From positions 120,858 to 184,857 of the forward strand of contig JADFYI010000002.1 of NCBI GenBank assembly GCA_015233145.1: 64,000 nucleotides of DNA, written 5' to 3'. The stretch is from Candidatus Omnitrophota bacterium. Lineage in GTDB: Bacteria > Omnitrophota > Gorgyraeia > Zapsychrales > Fredricksoniimonadaceae. Below, piece by piece: positions 51,470 through 60,426 of this stretch; the stretch's first letter is position 1, and every line of letters starts with the position of its first letter. Below the pieces are notes generated by a model. That model had not been told where the DNA came from. It searched no databases and was given only the letters and a program-made list of their open reading frames with translations. A program made the position numbers and the translations under genes.

Positions 51470-53197
51470 CTATTTCTTTTTTTTATGAACAATAAACCTG
51501 GAAGAAAACTTTTCCAGGAAGATATCCCAAATCTGCTGACTTTCCGCAGCTTTCATAATGGCGCTGCGGACATCCTCCTCTGACATAGCCTTGGCAATCA
51601 GGGAAAGAATCTGCACCTGGACGTCAGCGCCGCGCTGCGGAGTCAAAATCAAAAATATGAACCGTGCGGGCTTCCCGTCAGGCGAGTTCCATTCAATGCC
51701 ATCCTGGGAACGGCCAAAAAGAATTACCGCACGGCGGATATTGGAAAGCCTGGCATGCGGAACTGCAACCCCATTTTCAAGCCCGGTGCCGATAACATTT
51801 TCGCGCTCAAGAACCGACGTAAAAATCGACCCTGTATCAGGCAAATCATCATACTGGCCGGCAAACTCCGCAAGCTCACGCAAAGCCGCATCGCGGGACT
51901 GGGCTTTAAGGTTAACAATAATATCCCTGCGTGAAAAGTATTCCAGGATGCTGATTTCCTTGCGGCGCTTGATCGCATAACTGAGCAGCGGCCCCAAAGC
52001 CATGGCCGAAAGTACAGCGCTCAAAACAATGCCGATAAATACAGGTTCGGAAATGATGCCAAACTCCAAAGCCAAAATCCCCAGGACAATCTCCATAGCC
52101 CCGCCCGGTGTATGCGCAACCGCCACAGCCAGGTGGTTGGAACGGGAAACCCTTGTGAATTTGACGCCGATCCAGGCCCCCAGAAAACGCGCTGAAAAGC
52201 CGACCACGGCAATAAAGAAAACAATAAAGAAATCAAAATTCCGGATAAAATCAAGTTTAAGGCCGATATTGACAAAAAATATCGGGACAAAAATCGCATA
52301 AACCATTTGTGAAATAATCTGGCGGGAACGCTCCGAAAGAGAACGGGCGCCTCCGGCCATGATTCCGGCCAGGAAGAAACCGAAAAGGGCATGAATCCCC
52401 AGCCTCTGGGTCACGGCGCCGCAAAAAAGCCCTAAAAGGCAAATGAATGTCAACGATGTCGCCGGTTCCGGAAGCTGGCGCTCGGAAATCTTTTTCACAA
52501 CCACATCTGACCAACGCCGCCCAAGCGTCATGCAAAAAACAGAAAAAAGGATCATGAGCAAAAACAAAAACAAAATTCCTGACACATCAGGCATGGCCTG
52601 GGTAAAGAAAGAAAATACGAGCGTAAACACCAGCCAGCCGATAATGTCATTGACAGACAACGCCGATAAAATAAGAAACCCTAAATCTGTTTTTAAAACT
52701 TTAAGCTCATTCAATGCGCGGGCTGCCACCGGCATGGCGCTGATCGACATGGCCGTGGCCATAAAAGCGGCAAAAACAAGCCTTTTGGACGGATCCGGGA
52801 GGTACTTATCCGGCAATGCCAGGCATAAAAGGAAGCATAAAACAAATGGAGCAATAACGTCGATAAGCGCAATCCTCAAAGCATCCCCCCTCTGGCGCCA
52901 CGCTGAGGAAAAATCAACCTCAAGCCCGGTTTCGAGAAGAAGGAAAAAGACGCCCAGCCAGCCAATGGTTTCAAGCATGCTGAACTGCGTGGGATCTTGA
53001 GGAAAAATAGCAGCCTGAAGATGGGGAAAAACCCTCCCCAAAATAGTCGGCCCCATCATGAGCCCCACTAAAATTTCTGCTGTCAAAACCGGCTGTTTCC
53101 AGAAGCGAAAAACCTCCCCCAGTCCCCTGGCCAAAAAAAGAAGAATGAAAAACTGCAGTAAAAATAAGAAGAGATTTTGCTCATTAAGATAGTTCAT
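51470..53197 (-). CDS. CPA2-family cation/proton antiporter fused to a PTS EIIA(Ntr/Fru)-type domain
   Basis: 575 aa with a Na_H_exchanger-like membrane domain of about 400 aa. The C-terminal EIIA-2 domain carries the GVAVPHARL histidine. Confidence 0.85.
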   Translation of the reverse strand: MNYLNEQNLFLFLLQFFILLFLARGLGEVFRFWKQPVLTAEILVGLMMGPTILGRVFPHLQAAIFPQDPTQFSMLETIGWLGVFFLLLETGLEVDFSSAWRQRGDALRIALIDVIAPFVLCFLLCLALPDKYLPDPSKRLVFAAFMATAMSISAMPVAARALNELKVLKTDLGFLILSALSVNDIIGWLVFTLVFSFFTQAMPDVSGILFLFLLMILFSVFCMTLGRRWSDVVVKKISERQLPEPATSLTFICLLGLFCGAVTQRLGIHALFGFFLAGIMAGGARSLSERSRQIISQMVYAIFVPIFFVNIGLKLDFIRNFDFFIVFFIAVVGFSARFLGAWIGVKFTRVSRSNHLAVAVAHTPGGAMEIVLGILALEFGIISEPVFIGIVLSAVLSAMALGPLLSYAIKRRKEISILEYFSRRDIIVNLKAQSRDAALRELAEFAGQYDDLPDTGSIFTSVLERENVIGTGLENGVAVPHARLSNIRRAVILFGRSQDGIEWNSPDGKPARFIFLILTPQRGADVQVQILSLIAKAMSEEDVRSAIMKAAESQQIWDIFLEKFSSRFIVHKKKK

Positions 53198-53203
53198 ACG
53201 TTG

Positions 53204-54214
53204 TCACCTCGCAATCTTCTCATGAAAAGGATTAACAGCCACATCTTTTAAAACTCCGGCCAATTCTTTCTTCCAGAGCCCCGAAGAATTATGCGCAATA
53301 TAAACAACTTCAAAATATCCTGTCGGGCGCTGGAACCTCTGGCCATCACTATAAATCGCCACGACCCGGTCACGGCCTAACTTTCCCAGCAGATACCCCA
53401 AAGCAAAGCTTGTAGCCAAAGACGGCCCCGGCACAGCCACAGACTGGCCTTGCCGGCGAGAATGCGTCCAGCACTCTTCGCTTAAAACAACAACAGCCAT
53501 TTGAAGGAAAGAGCACTGCAGAACCTGCTCATGGATGGCGGGAGAGGAAAAAGACAATGTCTCGCCACAAACAATCGATGCGCCAATCGTTGTCAAATGC
53601 CCTGCAATATCATCATTCATTGCCTTATTGTTCCCCGGCAGAAAAAAGACCTGTTTCAAGGCATTGGAGGAAACTTGCGGCTTAAAATGCCTGGGTAAAA
53701 GATCTCCGCCATCGCCGGGAATGCACATCATGTCCTTAAGATTGATCCTGACACGCACAAGTCCTGGCGGCATGCGGCCTTCAGGCACTGTCAAAGGGCT
53801 TTCCATTCTCGAAAAATCCACCCGAACCCTGTTTTTAAGGGCTGAAACAATTTCGGAAAAAGAGCTCTCGAGTTCATACGATGGCGGTTCATCTGGAAAT
53901 TGCGAAGAGAGCTCCTCCTGGCGATAGTGGCCCAAAGAACGAAGGCTGTGGTCATCCAGCATCACAAACAAAAGGTCGCGCATCTCTTTTTTAGCCCTGG
54001 CCCAGTAACGGATATTGTCTTCAACAGAGGCCAATGGCGATGACGGCCGAAAACGAATCACGTTGAGGCACGTCATATACTGGCTGTGCGCGCCAAAAAT
54101 CTCCTCAACCACATCTTTCAGGCGCGTCAAAAACAAATCCAGCTGACGGTCATCATCGTAAGATATGGCATGAAGCAACGGGACAAGCTCTTGTATTTGC
54201 CGCTTGTGTACCAT
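53204..54214 (-). CDS. hypothetical protein with C-terminal TIR-like nucleotide-binding domain (COG4271/pfam10137-like, degenerate)
   Basis: 336 aa. The C-terminal VFFLPGNN ... MAVVVLSEEC ... SFALGYLLGKLGRDRVVAIY ... GLWKKELAGVLK matches my recollection of the family consensus VFIVHGHD ... FAVVLLTPDD ... IFELGYFIGKLGRERV. The N-terminal ~190 aa are unassigned. Confidence 0.6.
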   Translation of the reverse strand: MVHKRQIQELVPLLHAISYDDDRQLDLFLTRLKDVVEEIFGAHSQYMTCLNVIRFRPSSPLASVEDNIRYWARAKKEMRDLLFVMLDDHSLRSLGHYRQEELSSQFPDEPPSYELESSFSEIVSALKNRVRVDFSRMESPLTVPEGRMPPGLVRVRINLKDMMCIPGDGGDLLPRHFKPQVSSNALKQVFFLPGNNKAMNDDIAGHLTTIGASIVCGETLSFSSPAIHEQVLQCSFLQMAVVVLSEECWTHSRRQGQSVAVPGPSLATSFALGYLLGKLGRDRVVAIYSDGQRFQRPTGYFEVVYIAHNSSGLWKKELAGVLKDVAVNPFHEKIAR

Positions 54215-54224
54215 GAGAAATAAG

Positions 54225-55508
54225 CTATTCCAGCACAGTTCCTAGAATTGCTTCTCCGTCGATCTTATGAAGCCTGACAGAGACCATTTTGTTCTTTAAA
54301 TTCCTTTTCGAAAACACTTTAATTTTAACATAATTATCAGTATGACCAACCCAATAATCACCTTTCTTTTCTTCGATCAAAACGCCTCCTCTGGAGCCAA
54401 TCAAGCTTTCTAAGAAAATGCGCTTTTTTTGAAGGCTGAGGTTTCGAAGGATTTCACTTCTTTTCTTGATAACGTCTGCGGCGATCGCCCCTTTAAACGT
54501 GCGGCTGCGTGCGCGATAACGATGGGAATAAGAAAAAACATGGCAATAATTCACTGAAGACCGTTCCAGAAAAAGGCGCGTTTCCTCAAAATGCCGGTCT
54601 GTTTCCCCTGGGAACCCCACAATAACATCGGTCCCGATCATAAGCCCGGGAACCCTGCGGCGAAGGGAATGCGTAAGCTTAAAAAACTCTTTGACGGTAT
54701 AACGCCTCCCCATCTTTTCTAAAATATCCGCAGACCCGCTTTGAACAGGAATGTGAAGGAACCGGCACAACTTCCCTTGAGGAACCATAAATTCCGCGAG
54801 CTTGAGGGGAAGCGTTGTATGTTCAATCGAAGAAATTCTGATCCGTTCAAGCCCGGAAAGATCATGGAGGGCTTTCACCACATCCATCAGATTCTTATTT
54901 TTGTGCTGGTAAAGCCCGACATTAATGCCTGTGAGCACGATTTCCTTATGGCCCAGATTCACCAGAGCCGCAGCTTCGTCTAAAATGTTTTCAAATTCCC
55001 GCGACCGTGCCCGGCCCCTGGCATAAGGTATTTCACAATACGCGCAAAAATTATCGCAGCCATCCTGGATTTTAAGGTTGGCCCTGGTGCGGGAAGACAC
55101 CGCTGAGCTGATCGGCAGCGAAAAAGGCTTCCGGGAAATAGGCGGAATGACCATCGCCGTTTTTTGAGAAAAATCTTTCTGCACAAAATCGCACAATTCC
55201 ATCTTTTTGGCCGTTCCAACAACCCAGCGAACCCCTGGCCAGGACAAAAGCTTTTCTTTCTGGACCTGGGCCTGGCATCCAATAACGGCAATGGAGGCCT
55301 GCGGCTGCTCACGATGAACCCTGGCCGCCAATTTCCTGGCATCGGAATCACCCTCGGCCGTGACCGTGCAGGTATTAATGACCACAATATCTGCGGGATC
55401 ATTTTTACCCACCACCTGAAAACCTCTGGCGCGAAACACCCCTTCCAGCACAGCGGTTTCAGACTGATTTAAGCGGCAACCCAATGTAAAAAAGTGTACC
55501 TTGGACAT
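54225..55508 (-). CDS. mtaB: tRNA (t6A37) methylthiotransferase MtaB (radical SAM MTTase)
   Basis: 427 aa with a UPF0004 N-domain, the radical SAM motif CDNFCAYC, and a TRAM-like C-terminus. Confidence 0.88.
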   Translation of the reverse strand: MSKVHFFTLGCRLNQSETAVLEGVFRARGFQVVGKNDPADIVVINTCTVTAEGDSDARKLAARVHREQPQASIAVIGCQAQVQKEKLLSWPGVRWVVGTAKKMELCDFVQKDFSQKTAMVIPPISRKPFSLPISSAVSSRTRANLKIQDGCDNFCAYCEIPYARGRARSREFENILDEAAALVNLGHKEIVLTGINVGLYQHKNKNLMDVVKALHDLSGLERIRISSIEHTTLPLKLAEFMVPQGKLCRFLHIPVQSGSADILEKMGRRYTVKEFFKLTHSLRRRVPGLMIGTDVIVGFPGETDRHFEETRLFLERSSVNYCHVFSYSHRYRARSRTFKGAIAADVIKKRSEILRNLSLQKKRIFLESLIGSRGGVLIEEKKGDYWVGHTDNYVKIKVFSKRNLKNKMVSVRLHKIDGEAILGTVLE

Positions 55509-55550
55509 AATGACTACACAGTATAAGATTCATGAGCCTTTTTTCAAGTA

Positions 55551-55578
55551 TTGCTTTTCCTAAAACTTGGATTATAAT
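55551..55578 (+). promoter_or_regulatory. sigma70-like promoter placing the TSS at or next to the dusB ATG (leaderless candidate)
   Basis: TTGCTT (55551..55556), a 16 nt spacer, TATAAT (55573..55578), then 7 nt to ATG 55586. Confidence 0.45.
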
Positions 55579-55585
55579 TCCCGGC

Positions 55586-56560
55586 ATGAAACTCGCCAAC
55601 TATGAACTTATTCAGCCTCTTTTTCTGGCCCCCATGGAAGACATTACAGACCTGCCGTTCCGCTTGGTCTGTAAAAGGCTTGGCTGTGATGTTACAGTCA
55701 CGGAATTTACGGCCGCGGAAGCCCTGATCAGGAATATCCCCAGGGCTGTTAAAAAAATTACCATTTGCGAAGAGGAGCGTCCCGTCGGAATTCAACTGTT
55801 CGGCTCAAGGCCTGACGCCTTAAAAGAAGCCGCGGCATTTGCCCAAACCCTTGCGCCTGATTTTATTGATATCAACTGCGGCTGCTGGGTCAAAAACCAC
55901 GTTGCAAGGACTGAAGGCGCAGGACTCCTTAAAGACCTTCCTTTGTTCGAAAAACTTGTCAAAGCAACTGTCTCAGGGACAAAACTGCCAGTCACAGTAA
56001 AAACCCGTCTGGGCTGGGACCAAAACTCTATTGTCATTATGGATGTTGCCAAAATGGTTGAGCAGGCTGGAGCCAAAATGCTCACGGTCCACTGCCGCAC
56101 ACGCTCCCAGGCCCACCGTGGCCTGGCCGACTGGTCGTGGCTTGAACGGATCAAAAAAGCCATCTCAATTCCCTTGATCGGTAACGGCGACATTAACTCG
56201 CCCCAGGATGTCAAAGCCATGCTTGAAACCGGCTGTGACGGCGTTATGATCGGCCGCGGGGCTGTGGCCAACCCCTGGATTTTTCAACAGGCCAAACATT
56301 ATCTTACGACCGGCCAGTTTTTACCTGAGCCTTCGGTTGAGGAAAAAATAAAACTTTGCATTGAGCACCTGGCGCATTCCTGCCGCGAGAAATCCTGCCG
56401 CAACCCGGTTATGACATTTCGTAAACATTATGTCGGATATCTTAAAGGCCTGCCCGGCATTTCAAAGCTGCGCCATGACCTTATGACCATGGAAACTTTT
56501 GAAGCGGTCCGTGATCGCCTGCATCAATTTATGATTGAAAAAACAAAAACCATGCATTAG
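55586..56560 (+). CDS. dusB: tRNA-dihydrouridine synthase
   Basis: 324 aa from MKLANYELIQPLFLAPMEDITDLPFR. The track ORF starts 18 codons earlier, upstream of the promoter -10. Confidence 0.88.
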   Translation: MKLANYELIQPLFLAPMEDITDLPFRLVCKRLGCDVTVTEFTAAEALIRNIPRAVKKITICEEERPVGIQLFGSRPDALKEAAAFAQTLAPDFIDINCGCWVKNHVARTEGAGLLKDLPLFEKLVKATVSGTKLPVTVKTRLGWDQNSIVIMDVAKMVEQAGAKMLTVHCRTRSQAHRGLADWSWLERIKKAISIPLIGNGDINSPQDVKAMLETGCDGVMIGRGAVANPWIFQQAKHYLTTGQFLPEPSVEEKIKLCIEHLAHSCREKSCRNPVMTFRKHYVGYLKGLPGISKLRHDLMTMETFEAVRDRLHQFMIEKTKTMH

Positions 56561-56587
56561 TATGCTTTAACAATTGAAGGGCTTTTC

Positions 56588-57316
56588 ATGCGCGACTCCG
56601 ATAATGCCATCCATATTTCCAATCTTTCCAAATTTTATGGGAAACTGCAGGCATTAAACAATATTTCCTTTACGATCAAGCGCGGGGACTTTTACGGTTT
56701 CCTGGGGCCCAACGGCGCCGGAAAAACGACGACCATTAACATTATCACAGGACTTTCCAACTACAACGCAGGCTCTGTGAAAATTTTTGGGCACGACGTG
56801 ACCCGCGATTACCGTGACGCGCGCCGCCTGATCGGGCTATGCACCCAGGAATTTAACTTTGACCCTTTCCTTTCCATTGCCCAGCTCCTTGTTTATCAGG
56901 CCGGATATTTCGGCATCCCCAAGGAAGAGGCCAAATCACGCGCCGCCACCCTTCTGCAGCGCTTCCAGCTCCTAGACAAAAAAGACCTGAAATACCGCGC
57001 CCTTTCCGGCGGGATGAAAAAACGCCTGTTGTTATGCCGCGCCCTTATTCATGACCCTGAAATCCTGATCCTTGATGAGCCGACATCCGGCTGCGACCTG
57101 GAGCTCAAATTTTTAATCTGGGACCATCTGGCAAAACTTAACAAGGAAGGCAAAACTATTTTTCTCACCACCCACTATATGGAAGAGGCTGAAAAACTCT
57201 GCAAAACCATCGGCATCATCAACCACGGCCGCATTGTCAAAATGGATTCCAAAGAAAATATCCTGCAGGACAAATCGCTTCAGGACGTATTTTTAGAAGT
57301 CACAGGGATTGAATAA
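56588..57316 (+). CDS. ABC transporter ATP-binding protein (ABC-2 exporter type)
   Basis: 242 aa with GPNGAGKTTT, LSGGMKKRL and ILILDEPT. Confidence 0.9.
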   Translation: MRDSDNAIHISNLSKFYGKLQALNNISFTIKRGDFYGFLGPNGAGKTTTINIITGLSNYNAGSVKIFGHDVTRDYRDARRLIGLCTQEFNFDPFLSIAQLLVYQAGYFGIPKEEAKSRAATLLQRFQLLDKKDLKYRALSGGMKKRLLLCRALIHDPEILILDEPTSGCDLELKFLIWDHLAKLNKEGKTIFLTTHYMEEAEKLCKTIGIINHGRIVKMDSKENILQDKSLQDVFLEVTGIE

Positions 57317-58095
57317 TGCTTAAACTCATCACCAACCCCATCGGTGTCACAGCCCTTTCAAGAAGGGAAATCGTGCGTTTTCTCGCGGTTTCCATTCAAA
57401 CCATTTTTCCGCCATGGATCAGTTCGGTCCTGTTTATTTACATCTTCGGCGTAGCCATCGGAAGACAGATCATTTTTACCATCCCGGGGATCACCTATCT
57501 CCAATTTATCGTGCCCGGACTCATGGCCATGCATCTTATTTCAAGCTCCTATGAAAACACGGCCGCATCCCTTTTTATCGGCAGATGGCATAACAACATT
57601 CAAGAAGTTCTGTTATCGCCCTTGTCTTATCTGGAAATGGTATTGGGGCTTTTGGCCGGAGGATTGGCCAGGGGCGCTTTGGTTTGCCTGGGGGTTTTTG
57701 CGGCTTCACAATTCTTCATGCTGCAAGGGATTGAACATCCGTTCTTCCTGATTTATTTTATCATCATGACATCAACCATATTCTCCTGCGCCGGCATGCT
57801 CGCCGCCCTCTGGGCTGAAGATTTTGGGATGCTGAACCTTTGGAACGTCTATATTATTTTTCCCATGGTCATTTTAGGCGGAGTTTTTCATCCGCTCTCT
57901 CTTTTACCGCTGCCGTTACGGATCCTTTCCCATTTTAATCCCATTCATTACCTTGTCTGCGGGATACGTTATTCCATCGTGGGATATTCTGACCAAAACA
58001 TCTGGCTATGCGCAGGCCTTGCCGTAACTCTCGCCGCAATATTGGGGTTCGTGACAGTTTATTTATTCAAAATCGGCTATAAATTACGCACTTAA
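57316..58095 (+). CDS. ABC-2 type transporter permease
   Basis: 259 aa with 6 TM helices. It has a 1 nt overlap with the ATPase gene. Confidence 0.85.
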   Translation: MLKLITNPIGVTALSRREIVRFLAVSIQTIFPPWISSVLFIYIFGVAIGRQIIFTIPGITYLQFIVPGLMAMHLISSSYENTAASLFIGRWHNNIQEVLLSPLSYLEMVLGLLAGGLARGALVCLGVFAASQFFMLQGIEHPFFLIYFIIMTSTIFSCAGMLAALWAEDFGMLNLWNVYIIFPMVILGGVFHPLSLLPLPLRILSHFNPIHYLVCGIRYSIVGYSDQNIWLCAGLAVTLAAILGFVTVYLFKIGYKLRT

Positions 58096-58129
58096 AAAAA
58101 GAGCCCCGTCAAAAGACGAGGCCCTTTTT
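58094..58129. terminator. bidirectional intrinsic terminator between convergent genes
   Basis: The sequence is A7-GAGCCCCGTC-AAAA-GACGAGGCCC-T5. The stem spans 58101..58124 with 10 positions and 2 mismatches. Confidence 0.6.
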
Positions 58130-58147
58130 AATATCCGCTTCAAACTT

Positions 58148-58714
58148 TTATTTTATGCTCGCCTTTACAATCTTCTGATCTTCCACGGGGCGGTCGCCAG
58201 GCCCTGTTTTAGAGTTCTCAATCGCCTGAACAACATCATACCCTTTGGTCACAACACCAAAAATTGTGTGTTTCCCGGTCAAGTAAGGTGTTGCGGTTGT
58301 AGTAATAAAAAACTGACTGCCGTTGGTATTGGGTCCGCGATTCGCCATGGCCAGAATCCCCGGCTTGTCAAAGGAAAGTCCGGGCGCAAATTCATCCTCA
58401 AAGTCTTTGTTCCAAAGGCTTGCCCCGCCGCGGCCAGTGCCTGTCGGGTCGCCGCCCTGAATCATAAAAGACTTGATCACACGGTGAAAAATCAGACCGT
58501 CGTAATATCCTTTTTTCACAAGGCCTATAAAATTTTCACAGGTCTTTGGAGCTTTGTCAGTAAAAAGCTCGATCTCAACAGTCCCGCGATTTGTTTCCAG
58601 GACCGCCACTGGATTCTTAACTTCCCCCACAGGTTCTCCTTTCTGGGCCCTGGCGGGGGCAATGCACACAAAAGCTAAAATTACAGCCGCCAAAGACACA
58701 ATACTGTTTTTCAT
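58148..58714 (-). CDS. cyclophilin-type peptidyl-prolyl cis-trans isomerase, exported
   Basis: 188 aa with a signal peptide ending ARAQ and FHRVIKSFMIQGGDP. Confidence 0.93.
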   Translation of the reverse strand: MKNSIVSLAAVILAFVCIAPARAQKGEPVGEVKNPVAVLETNRGTVEIELFTDKAPKTCENFIGLVKKGYYDGLIFHRVIKSFMIQGGDPTGTGRGGASLWNKDFEDEFAPGLSFDKPGILAMANRGPNTNGSQFFITTTATPYLTGKHTIFGVVTKGYDVVQAIENSKTGPGDRPVEDQKIVKASIK

Positions 58715-58734
58715 GTTAACCTTTCTCCTTTACC

Positions 58735-59277
58735 TTAAAAGTTTTTTTGATTTGAATTTTCCAAAACATCACGCAAAAAAAGCGTGCTTTCCACATCAGA
58801 AGCAGGGCTTGCGGGAATGACAGCCTGCCCTTCATCCCAGAACGAGCCGCTGGGAATATATTTTTTGGTCAGCTCCAGGTTTTTCTGGCGCAGTCCTTGC
58901 AAATCTTCTTTTAACGCCCTGTTATGCTGTTTTAAATCATGAATCTGCTGTTGAAGAATTGTTTTAAAATTTTCAAACTCTGCCCGACAAGCGCGTTCAA
59001 CGTCAAGGTCGTGTTTTAACCGCTCCAGGATGCGGTTTTTTTCTTCCATCATCTGTTCCAGTTTAATGTATTTTTCTTCGAACTTGCCGGCCTGATCCGG
59101 CGGGGCATCTTTAGCCAATGGCTTCACAGCAGGCTCGGCAACAGGCTGAAGAGCAGGCTTTCTGAAAAAAGGGTCAAAAGCAGGGTTTTTCTTTCTTTCG
59201 TTCTCCAAAGCCTTGAAAAAAAGAATTTTAAAAAAATAAAGCCCGGCGGCAATAAATAAAAAATAAATCAGGAACAT
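58735..59277 (-). CDS. membrane-anchored coiled-coil protein (hypothetical)
   Basis: 180 aa with an N-terminal TM and a long charged helical region. Confidence 0.6.
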   Translation of the reverse strand: MFLIYFLFIAAGLYFFKILFFKALENERKKNPAFDPFFRKPALQPVAEPAVKPLAKDAPPDQAGKFEEKYIKLEQMMEEKNRILERLKHDLDVERACRAEFENFKTILQQQIHDLKQHNRALKEDLQGLRQKNLELTKKYIPSGSFWDEGQAVIPASPASDVESTLFLRDVLENSNQKNF

Positions 59278-59284
59278 TTTTCCT

Positions 59285-59656
59285 CTATTTAAAAACTATG
59301 ACTTTCGCGCTGTACATGAGCCGCAAATAGGCATTAGCCAGCAAATCGTCTTTTTTCTTCTGAGGGGCTGACGGCTGAGACGAAAGGTCTGTAACCGCAT
59401 CCCCTCCGAGCATGGCGGCTTCACTGCGCATTTGAGTTATCACCTCATCTAACGGGCGCGTACGGTCTGCCGTGACCGTCACAATGCCTATAACCTCATA
59501 AGGCTTGGACGTTTTCTCCAGATAAGGAACTGTCTGGGAGGATTCTTTGGGAGGATAAAAATCCAAAGTTGTATCCTGGGAATCAACCCGGTACACGCTG
59601 CAACCCGCCAGGAAAAAAAAAGAAAAGAATAACAGCATCAGGTTCTTTTTGGACAT
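59285..59656 (-). CDS. small lipoprotein (hypothetical)
   Basis: From M8 the sequence is MSKKNLMLLFFSFFFLAGCSVY, with lipobox LAGC. An alternative GTG start at 59677 overlaps the upstream stop (GTGA). Confidence 0.6.
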   Translation of the reverse strand: MSKKNLMLLFFSFFFLAGCSVYRVDSQDTTLDFYPPKESSQTVPYLEKTSKPYEVIGIVTVTADRTRPLDEVITQMRSEAAMLGGDAVTDLSSQPSAPQKKKDDLLANAYLRLMYSAKVIVFK

Positions 59657-59673
59657 CGCTTGCATCCTGCAGA

Positions 59674-60426
59674 TCACATGAGATTAATGACTTCCTTGGG
59701 AAGATTTTTAAGTTCCTCGGTCCCCAGAATCTTGACCGACCAGCGCAAAAGCTGAATCTTTTTCTTAAGACGAGAATCGTTGGGATCAGCATTTTGTAAT
59801 TTCTTGCGCGCCAGAAAAAACGTCTTTCTCAAAGTATTAAAAACAATCCTGGCCTCACGCGTGCGCTGGTTGCCGGCCTCAATAATATGGTTGAGCGCCT
59901 TATCCGCCAGGTCGCTGACCGTGTCATCATAATGATCCATTTTTTGAACAAGCGCCGGAACCATGGCGTCAAAATAACGATAGCGGTCCATAATGACCAA
60001 GGTATGCATGATCTCAACCTGGACAAAAACAGAACTGGCCCTTTCCATCTGGCGAAGAAGAACCCGCTCGATGATCACCCTCTCGCTTTGGACCATCTGG
60101 GGGGCAAATCTTTCGCGAAAAACCCTTATTGCAGCGGCTTTTTTGTAAGGATAAAGGCTGTCATCATTGATCATGGCGAGCAATATGTCTTTCGGGGCGT
60201 TTGACAGCTTGGCCGAATAACCGTCAATCAAAAGTCTGTCGTCAAAAATATTGTCTAACGAATCGCCGGGAGATGTTAATGAGGCTGCAACATGGCCCGT
60301 GTCTGCGACCGCAGGAAGCGGCGAAGCCAATGACGCTGCAGGGTCTGCCCCTGCTTTCAGGGGCTCTGCCGCTGCGTTCAGCGCTCCCAGGAAAAAAAGG
60401 ATCAAAAAAAGAAAAAAGGCTCTCAT
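59674..60426 (-). CDS. exported alpha-helical repeat protein (hypothetical)
   Basis: 250 aa with a signal peptide and a helical, HEAT/ARM-like composition. It has a 4 nt overlap with nadC. Confidence 0.6.
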   Translation of the reverse strand: MRAFFLFLILFFLGALNAAAEPLKAGADPAASLASPLPAVADTGHVAASLTSPGDSLDNIFDDRLLIDGYSAKLSNAPKDILLAMINDDSLYPYKKAAAIRVFRERFAPQMVQSERVIIERVLLRQMERASSVFVQVEIMHTLVIMDRYRYFDAMVPALVQKMDHYDDTVSDLADKALNHIIEAGNQRTREARIVFNTLRKTFFLARKKLQNADPNDSRLKKKIQLLRWSVKILGTEELKNLPKEVINLM

